Positions 11,375 through 22,645 of a DNA stretch of 64,000 nt are shown piece by piece. Numbering within the stretch: the stretch's first letter is position 1; each line of letters begins with the position of its first letter. Location: contig CAVPLT010000007.1 in assembly GCA_963706325.1 (NCBI GenBank), positions 384,001-448,000 on the forward strand. Reading direction: 5' to 3'. Position numbers and translations under genes: made by a program. This DNA is from an uncultured Nitrospiraceae bacterium. Lineage in GTDB: Bacteria; Nitrospirota; Nitrospiria; Nitrospirales; Nitrospiraceae. The notes beneath the pieces are model-generated. The model worked only from the letters and a program-made list of their open reading frames with translations. It was not told where the DNA came from and searched no databases.

Positions 11375-11510
11375 GCGACGAGCCGCGGTCGTCCTCCGGC
11401 ACAGGAGAGTAACGACACCTGCGCCCTGAGGTATCCTTCGCGACTCATGAGTTCCAGGGCGTTGTCGAAACTCTTCTATCATTGTTCTCCGCACCGAGAC
11501 GAGGACCTGC

Positions 11511-14500
11511 GTGCGCGCCTTCACCGATATTTTTATCAAACATCCCGTGCTCGCCGTGGTCCTGAACCTCATGATCGTTCTCATGGGGTGGCGAGCGCTG
11601 ACTGTCCTTCCGGTCCAGCAGTATCCGAAGATAGAAAGTTCGTCCGTCGTGATCACGACCACCTATTATGGCGCCAGCGCCGAGACGGTTCGCGGTTTTC
11701 TGACGACGCCGATTGAACGCGTCGTATCGGCTATCGGTGGCGTCGATTACATCGAGTCGACCAGTCGCGCCGGCGTCAGCACCGTGACGGTGCAATTGAA
11801 ACTCAACCACAGTAGTACGGCGGCGCTTGCCGAGATCAGCGCGCGTCTGCAGCAAGCCCGCGCTGAATTGCCCGCCGCAGCCGAGCCACCGGTCGTCGAA
11901 GTACGGCGCGCCGATCGGCCTAGTGCGTCCTTCTATCTGAGTTTTTCGTCTACAGAACGGGATGTCCCCGGAATTACCGATTGGCTCTCGCGGACGCTGC
12001 AACCGCAGATGGCGACGTTGCCTGGAGTGCAGCGTGTCACCATCGAGGGCGGCCGCGCAATCGCCATGCGTATTTGGATCGATCCTGATCGGCTAGCCGC
12101 GCTGAATCTGTCCCCAGGTGACGTGCAGGCGGCGTTGCGGCGCAACAATTTTCTGGCGGCCGTCGGTCGAACCAAGGGCCACCTGGTTCAGCTTAACCTG
12201 CTGGCTAATACGGACTTGCGCTCGGTCAGCGAATTTGAAGAGTTGATTGTGAGTGACCGGGGAAGCGCGTTGACGCGCCTGAAGGATGTGGCGAAAGTCG
12301 AGCTGGGCGCGGAAGAAGCCGACATGATGGCGAAGTTCAATGAGCGTGAAGCAGTGTACTTTGGGATATGGCCGCTGGTCGGCTCCAATGAGATCGAGGT
12401 CGCCCATCGCCTGCATGCTGAAATGGAGCGGCTCCGTCCGACGCTGCCGAAAGATATCGGCATGGAACTCGCGTACGACGCGACGGTGTTTATGGAGGAC
12501 GCGCTGAAGGAGATCACCAAGACCCTGTCGGAAACCATCATGATCGTCGGCCTGGTCGTATTTCTCTTCATGGGGTCGGTGCGGACTGCGCTGGTGCCAT
12601 TAGTGGCGATGCCGGTTTCGCTCATCGGGGCTGCCATCGTCATGCTCGCATTTGGATTCAGTCTCAATCTCCTGACGATGCTTGCGATCGTATTATCTGT
12701 CGGACTGGTTGTGGACGATGCGATCGTCGTGGTGGAGAATGTAGAGCGACACGTGCGTCGAGGCAAATCTCGGCTCGATGCAGCGTTGATCAGCGCGCGT
12801 GAGTTGCTCGGCCCCATCGTTGCCATGACGATTACCTTGGCGGTGGTCTATACGCCGATCGCCTTTCAGGGAGGATTGACGGGCTCTCTGTTCTTAGAAT
12901 TTGCAATCACACTTGCCGCCGCAGTGGTGGTCTCAGGGGTGGTGGCGGTGACACTGTCGCCGATGATGAGCTCGCATTTCGTGCACCCCCAGGGCGAACA
13001 GGGCCGACTGACCCTGCTGGTGAATCGCGCCTTCGAGGCGGTGCGCCGAGCCTATGCCCATGGACTCGACGGCGCGTTGGAAATACCATGGACAATTGTG
13101 GTGGCCTCGCTGCTTGTGATGGTTGCCGCCTGGCCTCTTTATTCATTTTCACGGCAAGAGCTCGCGCCCGTTGAGGACCAGAGCCACATCTTTTTCTTTC
13201 TTGAAGCAGCGCCCGACTCGACGCTGGATGCGACCAATCGAGAATCTCTATCGGTGGTCAAGGCTGTGGCGTCGTTCCCCGAGGCCAAATTTATGTGGTC
13301 TCTCACGTCGGCGTGGGGAGGCTTCGGCGGGATGGTGACGAAGGATTGGCGCGAGCGGACGCGTTCGACCGAAGCGATGTATGGCGAGGTGTACGGCAGG
13401 GTGTCGCAGGTAGCGGGACTGCGTGTGTTCCCGCGTCTGGATCCCCCGCTGCCGACGCCGGGCCAGTACGATGTCGAATTAATGCTCCAAAGTGATGTGC
13501 CGCTTGAACAGCTTCAGGAGACGGTGGCGGCGGTTGTCGGCGCGGGCTGGAAAAGCGGAAAATTCATGTACGTCGACACGGACCTCAAAATTGACTTGCC
13601 GCAAGCGAACGTGGTGCTCGATCGCGAGCGCCTGGCAGATCTTGGGCTTGATCTGGCCGGAGTCGGGCAGGAGCTCGGGACGTTGCTTGGCGGCGCGTAC
13701 GTCAATCGCTTTAATTTTTTCGATCGAAGCTACAAAGTGATTCCTCAAATCGGCGACAAGGGCCGAGAGACTATCGGCCCGCTGCTGGACCTCAAAATCA
13801 AGACGCCCGGAGGCCAGCTCGTCCCGGTTTCGACGTTCACCCATATCGAGGCCGGTACGGCGCCGCGCACGTTGAATCGCTTCCAACAACGCAATGCCGC
13901 GCGGGTGTTCGGCGGCGTCAAGCCGGGCGTCACCAAGGAAGAAGGACTACGCGTGCTTGAAGCTGCCGCGACCAATGCGCGAGGGCCGGGGGTCGTGCTG
14001 GATTATGGAGGGGAATCACGGCAAATCCGTCGCGAAGGCTCCGCGCTGACCGTGACGCTCGGCTTTGCCGTCGTGCTTATCTATCTTGTTCTGGCCGCGC
14101 AGTTCCGCAGTTTCCGTGATCCCTTGATCGTGCTTCTGGGATCGGTTCCACTGGCCATTTCCGGCGCGCTCATATTCAGTTTTCTGGATTTCACCACGAT
14201 CAATATTTATTCACAGGTCGGCCTGATCACGTTGGTCGGGCTTATTGCAAAGAATGGAATTTTGATCGTGGAGTTTGCCAATACGCTGCAGACCCGCGGC
14301 CTTTCAAAGGTAGCGGCCTTACGGGAGGCGTCGCTGACGCGGCTCCGGCCGGTACTGATGACTTCCGCAGCGACCGTCTTCGGCCACCTTCCACTGGTGC
14401 TGGTGTCGGGCCCTGGAGCCGGGGCTCGTAACAGTATAGGCGTGGTACTCGTCAGCGGTATGATCGTGGGCACGATTTTTACCCTTTTCGTGGTTCCGGT

Positions 14501-14573
14501 ATTTTATTCGCTGCTCGCAGAGCAACACCGACCTAATCAAGTGGACGAGCAAGCCGAGCAGCAGGCGACTTGA
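11511..14573 (+). CDS. RND permease (MexW/VexB-like, AcrB family)
   Basis: 1020 aa; LPVQQYP, GLVVDDAIVVVEN, GLIAKNGILIVEFAN, RLRPVLMT. Confidence 0.95.
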   Translation: MRAFTDIFIKHPVLAVVLNLMIVLMGWRALTVLPVQQYPKIESSSVVITTTYYGASAETVRGFLTTPIERVVSAIGGVDYIESTSRAGVSTVTVQLKLNHSSTAALAEISARLQQARAELPAAAEPPVVEVRRADRPSASFYLSFSSTERDVPGITDWLSRTLQPQMATLPGVQRVTIEGGRAIAMRIWIDPDRLAALNLSPGDVQAALRRNNFLAAVGRTKGHLVQLNLLANTDLRSVSEFEELIVSDRGSALTRLKDVAKVELGAEEADMMAKFNEREAVYFGIWPLVGSNEIEVAHRLHAEMERLRPTLPKDIGMELAYDATVFMEDALKEITKTLSETIMIVGLVVFLFMGSVRTALVPLVAMPVSLIGAAIVMLAFGFSLNLLTMLAIVLSVGLVVDDAIVVVENVERHVRRGKSRLDAALISARELLGPIVAMTITLAVVYTPIAFQGGLTGSLFLEFAITLAAAVVVSGVVAVTLSPMMSSHFVHPQGEQGRLTLLVNRAFEAVRRAYAHGLDGALEIPWTIVVASLLVMVAAWPLYSFSRQELAPVEDQSHIFFFLEAAPDSTLDATNRESLSVVKAVASFPEAKFMWSLTSAWGGFGGMVTKDWRERTRSTEAMYGEVYGRVSQVAGLRVFPRLDPPLPTPGQYDVELMLQSDVPLEQLQETVAAVVGAGWKSGKFMYVDTDLKIDLPQANVVLDRERLADLGLDLAGVGQELGTLLGGAYVNRFNFFDRSYKVIPQIGDKGRETIGPLLDLKIKTPGGQLVPVSTFTHIEAGTAPRTLNRFQQRNAARVFGGVKPGVTKEEGLRVLEAAATNARGPGVVLDYGGESRQIRREGSALTVTLGFAVVLIYLVLAAQFRSFRDPLIVLLGSVPLAISGALIFSFLDFTTINIYSQVGLITLVGLIAKNGILIVEFANTLQTRGLSKVAALREASLTRLRPVLMTSAATVFGHLPLVLVSGPGAGARNSIGVVLVSGMIVGTIFTLFVVPVFYSLLAEQHRPNQVDEQAEQQAT

Positions 14574-14651
14574 TTGGAGGTGCTCCCGCGTTGAGATGAG
14601 TCCATATCACTCGGCTTGCCCCTATGGGACGGCAGATAGAAAGGAAGGAAG

Positions 14652-15140
14652 ATGTCATATCCCGAGCCCCACTACCTTGGCGCCGGAGGCGAGTGTAGCG
14701 CGACGTTCCGTCCGGTGAACCAATCAATCGATGTAACGATCGGCCATGATACGGCCATGCAATATCTGGCCACCGGCGCCTCCACCCGCGGGCAATTCGG
14801 CCTCTACCGATGGGATGCCCAACCGCATTCTCGAGGGCCGAACGCACATTTCCACCGCACGATATCGGAGTCGTTCTTTATTCTGTCCGGCAGGCTGCGA
14901 CTCTTCAACGGAGAACGGTGGCTCGACGCGAAGGCCGGCGATTTTCTCTATGTTCCAGAAGGGGGGATCCACGGATTCCACAATGAGTCGGACGAACCTG
15001 GCTCCATGTTGCTGCTCTTTGCGCCCGGTGCTCCCCGCGAAGGCTATTTCGAAGCGATTGCGGAGAAAGCCGCCGGTCGCCGATTCAGCGAAGAGGAGTG
15101 GGCCGATCTTTGCCGCCGGCATGACAATTATTTTATCTGA
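14652..15140 (+). CDS. Cupin-domain protein
   Basis: HFHRTISESFFILSG ... GGIHGF. Confidence 0.85.
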   Translation: MSYPEPHYLGAGGECSATFRPVNQSIDVTIGHDTAMQYLATGASTRGQFGLYRWDAQPHSRGPNAHFHRTISESFFILSGRLRLFNGERWLDAKAGDFLYVPEGGIHGFHNESDEPGSMLLLFAPGAPREGYFEAIAEKAAGRRFSEEEWADLCRRHDNYFI

Positions 15141-15380
15141 GCCTGAGACAAGCCATTGATGGCACCGGACTTGATCGAACGAGAGTCGATGACCGCGATG
15201 CCCCCTCGTGCTGAAGACAGTCATCAGTTGGAATGGGTAGCCAATGAGGATCTGCTCGTCCCGGAAGGCCTGGTGATCAGGAGATGCTCGCATTCTTGAA
15301 GGCCTACGCAGTCACCGTCAGCATGGCTGAGACATTGCCCAGCCTCTGCAAGCAATACTCATGGCCAGAATGGAGACGTA

Positions 15381-16136
15381 ATGAACGACATAGCGAGAGT
15401 CACCGAAATAGCTCAGGACCACTATCTTATTTCAGTGTATGTGCCGGAGTTCAATCTCCGGTTCAATCATTTCCTGATTAAGGACGAGGAACCGTTACTA
15501 TTTCATACCGGCATGAAGCAGATCTTTCCGCTCGTACGTGATGCAGTTGCGCGCGTGCTCGATCCCGCGACAATCCGATGGATCTCATTCAGCCACTATG
15601 AAGCGGACGAGTGTGGCGCGTTGAACGAATGGTTACAGGTCGCGCCGAACGCTACCCCGCTCTGTGGCCTGGTCGGAGCCCTGGTCAGCGTCAATGATAT
15701 GGCCATTCGCCCAGCTCGCGTCATGGCCCATGACGAAGTGCTCCAGATCGGCCGATCTCGTGTGCGCTTCCGGCAGACGCCACATGTCCCGCACAATTGG
15801 GAGGCTGGGATGTTGTTTGAGGAAGTGAGCCGGACCCTGTTCTGCTCGGACCTGTTCACGCATGAGGGAGATACCCAACCGATCACCGAATCCGATGTCG
15901 TCGAACGCGCAAAACAATCATTGCTTGACGGACAGAATGGGCCCTTTGCCAATGCCTACCCCTACACGCCGTTGACCGAACCTCTCCTGCATGGCCTGGC
16001 CGAGCTGGAACCAGGGCAACTGGCGCTGATGCATGGCTCCGTGTATGCCGGAGATGGAGGACGAGCGCTACGCGAATTGGCCGTGATCATGCGCGAGGTG
16101 CTCGGCAAGGGTGCGTCAGTTCAGGCAGAAAAATAG
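15381..16136 (+). CDS. Stand-alone MBL-fold protein (FprA/ODP-like di-iron domain)
   Basis: [26 protein letters not shown]; no flavodoxin domain. Confidence 0.8.
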   Translation: MNDIARVTEIAQDHYLISVYVPEFNLRFNHFLIKDEEPLLFHTGMKQIFPLVRDAVARVLDPATIRWISFSHYEADECGALNEWLQVAPNATPLCGLVGALVSVNDMAIRPARVMAHDEVLQIGRSRVRFRQTPHVPHNWEAGMLFEEVSRTLFCSDLFTHEGDTQPITESDVVERAKQSLLDGQNGPFANAYPYTPLTEPLLHGLAELEPGQLALMHGSVYAGDGGRALRELAVIMREVLGKGASVQAEK

Positions 16137-16178
16137 TCATCGTCGAACGGAGGGGCACAGTAAGTATTGGAGTATGCC

Positions 16179-16550
16179 ATGGGCATTACGCTTAACCACA
16201 CCATCGTTCCGGCGCGCGACAAGATCGCTTCAGCGAAGTTCCTGGCTAAAATCTTGGGACTTTCTTTTAACGAAGAGGCTGTCGGATTTTTTGCGCCGCT
16301 TCGGATCAATGAGACGCTGACGCTCGACTTCGATGAGGCTGCTGAACCGTTCCATATCCATCACTATGCATTCAAAGTGAGCGAATCGGACTTCGATACG
16401 ATGTTCAGCCGCATCAGAGCCGAAGGCATTCCCTATGGGAGCGGACCACAGGCACGAGAAAACTTGGCTATCAATCATCACGCGGGAGGCCGCGGGGTCT
16501 ATTTTTGCGACCCCAACGGGCATATTCTTGAATTGCTCACGGCCGAGTAA
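16179..16550 (+). CDS. VOC/glyoxalase family protein
   Basis: LNHTIV, HYAF, GRGVYFCDPNGHILEL. Confidence 0.88.
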   Translation: MGITLNHTIVPARDKIASAKFLAKILGLSFNEEAVGFFAPLRINETLTLDFDEAAEPFHIHHYAFKVSESDFDTMFSRIRAEGIPYGSGPQARENLAINHHAGGRGVYFCDPNGHILELLTAE

Positions 16551-16671
16551 TGTCAGAGGAGCCGCAAGCCGTGTACTCACACGAATTCGGCCGGCAGGAT
16601 AGTGTGTCGGCGGAGCGGGATGTCCGGGTACCTTGCGATACTTGGTCCCATTGCACGAAGAGCTTGCTCTC

Positions 16672-17256
16672 ATGAAAGCGATACGGTTGCATCGGGTTGG
16701 AGGAGCTGAATCACTGCGGTGTGAAGAAGCGCAGAAGCCCGTTCCCAAGGATGATCATGCCCTGGTGCGTGTCCATGCGGCTGCGGTCACGCCGACGGAG
16801 TTGATGTGGTATCCCACGTTCCATACCCCTCAAGGCGGACCCAGAGATTTTCCTCTCATTCTCGGTCACGAACTCTCAGGAGTGGTGGAAGCGTTCGGAC
16901 CGGCATGCGTTGGGGTTGAGGTGGGTCAGTCGGTGTATGGGTTAAACGATTGGTTCATGGATGGAGTACAGGCGGACTATTGTCTGACAGATTCTGCCAG
17001 CGTCGCCCCGAAGCCGCGCACGCTCGATCATATTCATGCGGCTGTGGTTCCGATTTCAGCCCTCACTGCCTGGCAAGCGCTCGTCGAGCGTGCCCGCCTT
17101 GCGAAAGGGCAGCGGGTATTGATCCATGGCGGGGCCGGCGCGAACGACCGGGGGGTATTGCGGGGATCAAATGGTTTTCGTCTCCTACTCCAACAGCATG
17201 GCTTGGCTCGGCAAACCGCCGTCGCCAAAGCATCGGAAGCCGGAGACGAACGGTGA
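16672..17256 (+). pseudogene. Truncated NADP-dependent (quinone) oxidoreductase, MDR family
   Basis: GroES-like N-terminus (ILGHELSGVV, LTAWQAL). Similarity stops just after VLIHGGAG (~17140); most of the Rossmann domain is missing. Confidence 0.75.
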
Positions 17257-17273
17257 CTCAAAAGGAGAAGCTC

Positions 17274-17624
17274 ATGAAACCCAATATTGAGAAGGTAAAA
17301 GCGTTCGTCCGGGATCTGCGGGATGACAAGGAAAGCCCTCGCAAGCCGCGCGAGACGCTGGCGGGCTATGCATTGGCCGCACGGGCAGTCGACAAGTGTC
17401 GGGCTGTCCTCGTGGGGTGTGAGGGGGAGTATTTTTCCAACTGTCCGCTCGATCAGCGGTGGCTCACGTTTGCCGGAATTGAATACGAGGCGTTCAGGTC
17501 TTTCGTCGCGACCGGAGCAACCGACGAGGAGATTGCTGAATGGATCGGAGAGCATGCCAAGAAACGGACGCAGGCCGAGATCGAGGAGTGGAATAAGCGT
17601 GAAGGCGCGGTGAGGATCAGCTGA
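17274..17624 (+). CDS. DUF5069-like protein
   Basis: AAGGAG SD; PRKPRETLAGY, RAVDKCRA, EYFSNCPLD, GATDEEIAEW. Confidence 0.75.
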   Translation: MKPNIEKVKAFVRDLRDDKESPRKPRETLAGYALAARAVDKCRAVLVGCEGEYFSNCPLDQRWLTFAGIEYEAFRSFVATGATDEEIAEWIGEHAKKRTQAEIEEWNKREGAVRIS

Positions 17625-18497
17625 GAGGACGGTTGGTATCGGCGGTCAGTCTAGTCGAGCGATGAAGGCTTTCGCTTCGGTCAGGCTCAATTCCTTGTGA
17701 AGTCGCAGCAAACGAATGGCATGCACCGTCCAGCTTTGTGCCACCGCGGCCTGCACGCTGCCCACGACAAGATCCGAGGTTGGGCGCGCTCAACCGTAGC
17801 AGGGACCGAATCGCCTCGGCGATCGTGTCATAGGCCTCTCCTGTCCCACCGGCATAGATCCTGCTGAACGGCACCTCCCCTTATTCAGTCATGAACGCGA
17901 GGCGAGAAGCGGGACGGGTCGCATCGCTCCCCAGGCAAGTTGGGAGCACCGCGGAGGTCACCTGGCTGAAAGGTAACCCGCCTGCCTTGGTGCAAAAGAC
18001 TCCTTTGGGACACCAGCGGATCTGACCTTCGCTTGGATCGAACTCACAGCGGCTTATCCTTCTCAAAGGGCTGACTATCCGCATCGTTTGATAACACTGT
18101 CCGTGCTTCCCGGAGCAAGTGGCACTGTCACCTTTCTGGCCATGTCCTCTGGCTGAGCCGACTCAGTCTCACCGCTCGATGTTTCAGAAAAAATGCCGAT
18201 ACATATCTGAGGATCATCCGGCCTGCGAAGGTCGATGTACGCCTATGGAAAAATCATCCCGACTTGGCGGACAGGCTGAGTCGAATGGGGCGGACAATCA
18301 GATCTCATCATGAACCACGAATGGGCGCAATCGTAGTGATGTCCATCTTGAGCAAGTGTCCGTTCCGTCGTTGTTCAGGAACACCTCGGACGTTCCGACC
18401 GTTCGATGCATGCTCCCGACTCAATGTCCTTGGGGGAGGGCCAACGCGCCTCCTGTGGCGACTGCTATGGCAGTGAGCCCGGAGTAAGGAGAGTCCC

Positions 18498-19780
18498 ATG
18501 GAACAGAGTCGGATAAACCAGTCATTCGCACTGGATTCAGCGACCGCGCACACGATCTTAGACAGCGCGTTGGATGCGCACATTCTCATGAGCCAAACCG
18601 GAACCATCGTCGCTTGGAACCCGCAGAGCGAACGGATCTTTGGATGGACTGCCCAGGAGGTGCTGGGACGCTGTCTCTCTGAAGTAATCATTCCACCTGC
18701 TTTTCGGGAGGCCCATGAACGAGGGATTCGAACGTTCGAGTCTACCGGGCAGGGCACTGTGCTGGGGAAACGGATTGAGGTTGACGGTTGGCACCGGGAC
18801 CAACGGCAATTCTCCATCGAATTGACAGTCACTTGTTGCCCGATCTGCCGATACCATGGAACTGGGATGAGGTCGTCGGCATGATGCAGGGCGGGGGCGA
18901 CCGGAAGAAAGTTCGTCTGCGTCAGGGTGATGGGACCGGCTGGATATTCATGGGCAAAGACATTACCGAACAAGTCAAACTGGAGCATGACATCGCGCAG
19001 TCCCAGAAGCTTGAATCCATCGGCCAGCTCGCCGCGGGTATCGCACATGAGATCAATACTCCGACGCAGTTCGTCGGCGACAACACCATGTTTCTCAATG
19101 AGTCATTCATCGATGTGTTACACGTGCTGCGGCAGTCAGGCTCTGCTTGCCGCCGTGCAGGCCGGCGCCTGTTCGCCGGCTCTCATCGATGCCTGCGTGG
19201 CTGCCAACGAGCAGGCAGACTTTACCTATCTGCTGTCAGAGATTCCTCAGGCTATCTTTCAATCGCTCGACGGCATCGCTCGGGTGGGGAGCATTGTGCA
19301 GGCGATGAAAGAATTCGCTCATCCTGGCACGCACGAAAAAACCGCCGTCAATCTGAATGATGCCATTATGAGCACCATCACCGTGGCCAGCAACGAATGG
19401 AAATATGTGGCGGAGATGCAGACTCGGCTGGATCAGTCGTTGCCGCCGGTGCCATGCCTGGTCGGAGAGTTCAATCAGGTCATGCTGAACATCATTGTGA
19501 ATGCGGCCCATGCCATCGCCAACGTCGTCAAGAGATCGGGCGCAAAAGGCATCATTACGGTGTCCAGGGAATGAGTTGGGGAATCGGCAGAGATACGGAT
19601 TGCCGATACCGGGGGCGGCATTCCGGAGTCGATTCGGTCAAAGATCTTCGACCCATTTTTAACGACCAAAGAGGTGGGAAAGGGTACCGGCCAAGGATTA
19701 GCCATCGCGCGTTCGGTTGTCGTGGACAAACATGGCGGCACTATCACCGTGGACAGCGAACCGGGACTGGGCTGCTCGCG
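18498..19780 (+). pseudogene. PAS histidine kinase pseudogene
   Basis: PAS (WNPQSERIFGW), H-box AGIAHEINTP and N-box NQVMLNIIVNA lie in three different frames. TGA at 19572-19574 precedes the G1/F/G2 boxes (DTGGGIP, IFDPF, GKGTGQGL). Confidence 0.85.
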
Positions 19781-20190
19781 TCGAAGGGGCAAGTGGTCAC
19801 TTCTTCTATGCGTATGCGATTTCAGAGTCTGGCCGGCTCGATGAAAATTCAAGAGCCCCTCATGGTCATGCACTCCAAGCAAGCACGCTCGCGACAGAGC
19901 GACCCTGGCCAGCAGGCTGTGAATTACCTCGTGCAAAAGCTTAAGACTGCCTAGTTGTCCACGCCCACTATTTGTGAAACCTCCGGCTCCCCCCTTCACG
20001 CTGTCGTGAGCATGCTTCAAAGGGATGAAAGAACATTCCATCCCGCCCTCTGTACGTCTTTTTGAACTGCTGATGCACCCTGCCGCTCAAATGCTAGGGG
20101 ATTCCCTGGTTGACGGTGTCTGTGACGGTGATACCGTGGAATCACCCAGCCAGGCCCAGGCGCAGGTCACCGTTAACCAAAGGATCTACG

Positions 20191-20580
20191 ATGCCGATGT
20201 TCATGCAACGATATGCGCCTCAGACCTATGCGTTGATGCGCATGATGACGGGCTTCCTGTTTCTGTGGCATGGCGCGCAAAAATTATTTAGCATCCCGAT
20301 GCCGCCTCCGATGCAGCTCCCGTCCTTCGTGATTGCGATCGCCGGACCGATTGAACTCGTTGGAGGCTTGCTGGTCATGATCGGGCTCTTTACCAGCTGG
20401 GCGGCCTTTCTGTGCAGCGGGCTGATGGCCTTTGCCTACTGGATGGGCCACGGCACGCAGGCGCTGTTGCCGCTTCAGAACATGGGCGAACTCGCGGCTC
20501 TCTATTGCTTCGTGTTTCTGTACATCTCCGCTCAGGGATCCGGTATCTGGAGCGTGGATGCGGCGCGCAAAGGCAGGTAG
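20191..20580 (+). CDS. DoxX family membrane protein
   Basis: HGAQKLF, ELVGGLLV, GELAALYCFVFL, GSGIWSVD. Confidence 0.88.
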   Translation: MPMFMQRYAPQTYALMRMMTGFLFLWHGAQKLFSIPMPPPMQLPSFVIAIAGPIELVGGLLVMIGLFTSWAAFLCSGLMAFAYWMGHGTQALLPLQNMGELAALYCFVFLYISAQGSGIWSVDAARKGR

Positions 20581-20600
20581 ATGATTCAAGAAGAGGGTGC

Positions 20601-20999
20601 ATGAGTCACGTGCTGCGCCTTAGTACCACGGAGCTCAAGCAGATTGTGGACTTGACCGATCAGGTCCAGGGCCTCATCCGGCAAGCGAACCTCAAAGAGG
20701 GGCTTTGCACCGTCTTTGTCACCCACACGACGGCCGCGGTCACCACCGGAGAAATCGGGGAAGGGACCGAGCAAGATTTTCTTCAAGTTGTGGAGCAGAT
20801 GATTCCCCGCATCCAATTTCGCCACGCGCATGATCCGTCACATGCCTGGTCCCACATGGCTTCTTCGATTTTGGGGCCTTCCCTTACCATTCCCGTGTCA
20901 TCCGGCAAACTCGTGCTTGGAACTTGGCAATCGGTGATGCTGGTTGAATTAGATGGTCCGCGTGAGCGGAATGTGCACGTCACCTTGCTTCGTTCCTGA
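20601..20999 (+). CDS. yjbQ: YjbQ/UPF0047 family protein
   Basis: HTTAA, SHM, LGTWQSVMLVELDGPRER. Confidence 0.88.
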   Translation: MSHVLRLSTTELKQIVDLTDQVQGLIRQANLKEGLCTVFVTHTTAAVTTGEIGEGTEQDFLQVVEQMIPRIQFRHAHDPSHAWSHMASSILGPSLTIPVSSGKLVLGTWQSVMLVELDGPRERNVHVTLLRS

Positions 21000-21092
21000 G
21001 TCATGTGTATTCCACGGGAGTGAGAACGGGCGCGGGGGAGGAGCTGTCGCGCTGCGCCGGTGAAGCTGACGGCATCTTTGCAGGAGGTCAAC

Positions 21093-21578
21093 ATGCGCAT
21101 TCTAGTGGCGGTGGACGAGTCGGAGAATTCTCATCGCGCCGTGCAGTATGTCGGCGCGCTGCTCCGCCGAACACCGGACGTGGCGGTCACGCTCTTTCAT
21201 GTGTTGAAGCCGATGCCGCGGGAATTGCTGGAGCATGGCGGCTCAGAGAATCCTGCCGCCGAGGCTAAGTTAGGGGCGCAGTTACGTTCGGATCAAGAAT
21301 CCTGGCTGCGAACGGAGCGAGAATCCGAATGCTCAGTGCTTCGAACGGCTTGGACCGCTTTGATGAGTTATGGATTTGATGCGAACCAAGTGAGCATGGC
21401 ATTCGGCCATGAGGACGACATCGCCGCGAATATTCTCGAGGAAGCGCGACGCGGCGAGCACAACACCATTGTCCTGGGGCGCCATGGAACGTCGCGCATC
21501 AAGCGCATGTTCGGCGGCGGCGTGACGGACCAGTTATTGCGCCAAGCCAAGGGGTTTGCGATCTGGGTAGTGGAATAG
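21093..21578 (+). CDS. Universal stress protein
   Basis: ILVAVDESENS, IVLGRHG...FGGGVTDQLL; AGGAGG SD. Confidence 0.88.
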   Translation: MRILVAVDESENSHRAVQYVGALLRRTPDVAVTLFHVLKPMPRELLEHGGSENPAAEAKLGAQLRSDQESWLRTERESECSVLRTAWTALMSYGFDANQVSMAFGHEDDIAANILEEARRGEHNTIVLGRHGTSRIKRMFGGGVTDQLLRQAKGFAIWVVE

Positions 21579-21689
21579 AGTGCTATGACGGGCCGAGGCA
21601 CGGCCCTTGATCTATCAACCCCGACGGATGGTTTCGCTCCACATTGTTATGGATGTGGAAGTCATCACAAAGCATGACTACAAAGCCAT

Positions 21690-22020
21690 ACGGACAAACG
21701 GTTTACGGTTCCGGACTCCGAAGGAGGGCGAATCAGCGCCGTGCTGTCCTCTCCTCCAGCCTCCACAGACAAAATCGTTATTCTCTGCCACGGTTCATGG
21801 GGTCCAAGGATAGTTGGACTAATCGGGTGCTGAGCGAGCGGCTCGCGAAGCATCAGATCTCCACTCTGCGGTTCGATTTTTTCGGGCATGGGCAGAGCGA
21901 TGGAGGGCTGAAAGGTTTGCTACTCACGACGCTCGTCGCTCAAACTGACAGCGTCATGGCCTTGATGCATGGATATGGGTTTGCGCATATCGCTTTACGG
22001 GGATCCAGCTTCGGTGGCTG
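21690..22020 (+). pseudogene. Alpha/beta-hydrolase fragment (frameshifted, truncated)
   Basis: ISAVL...IVILCHG in one frame continues as FMGSK...RFDFFGHGQSDG...GSSFGG in another; nothing recognisable follows the nucleophile elbow. Confidence 0.7.
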
Positions 22021-22093
22021 GAAACGGCAGCTGTCCTCCCCCAGAGGCGCTCCTGGCTGGAGCCGTTATCGATTCAGCATAGAAAGGCGACAG

Positions 22094-22603
22094 ATGAAGG
22101 CAGGTGCAGAAAGCGGACGGTCTCATCAGCTTGGCCTAGGATTGATCGCCGGGTTTCTCGGAACGGCAGCTATGACCGTGGCGATGGTTGCATTACATCG
22201 ACGATTGCCGCCGGAGCAGCAGGGCCCGCTTCCTCCCTATCACATTTCGATGGCGGTGGCGGAGCGCGTCGGCATCAAGCGGTATCTGAGTCCAAACAGT
22301 CGTTTTGCGACGACCCTGGCCTTGCACTTCGCCTATGGCAGCGCGGTCGGTTCGCTGTATTTCCCATTTGCTCGCCTGTTGCCTGGCCCATATCCGCTTA
22401 AAGGCCTTCTGTTCGGGGGGCTCGTCTGGACGGGGAGTTATCTGGGATGGCTGCCGGTGACCGGGCTCCTCACCCCTGCGACCAGGCACCCTGCTGGCCG
22501 CAACTGTCTCATGATCGCTGTACACCTCGTCTGGGGTAGCGTCATCGCCCTCGCGATTCAGCGCTTCATCCCTGCAAGGCATCCCACGATGGAGGTTAAG
22601 TAA
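22094..22603 (+). CDS. DUF1440/DUF6789-like membrane protein
   Basis: AGFLGTAAMT, HFAYG, GSYLGWLP, HLVWG; four hydrophobic segments; GAAAGG SD. Confidence 0.7.
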   Translation: MKAGAESGRSHQLGLGLIAGFLGTAAMTVAMVALHRRLPPEQQGPLPPYHISMAVAERVGIKRYLSPNSRFATTLALHFAYGSAVGSLYFPFARLLPGPYPLKGLLFGGLVWTGSYLGWLPVTGLLTPATRHPAGRNCLMIAVHLVWGSVIALAIQRFIPARHPTMEVK

Positions 22604-22645
22604 CGGCCAGACAAACAGGAAAGCCGTGAGGACGCCTGATCATCC

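Noticed and set aside
17630..18480. Long apparently non-coding gap (also 54600-55270 and 59200-59780)
   Set aside because: Only weak repeat-like fragments and short ORFs; no structure I can support by eye.
21644..22603. Single 319-aa hydrolase-membrane fusion from the ORF track
   Set aside because: A chance in-frame join of a hydrolase remnant and a separate gene with its own SD and ATG at 22094.
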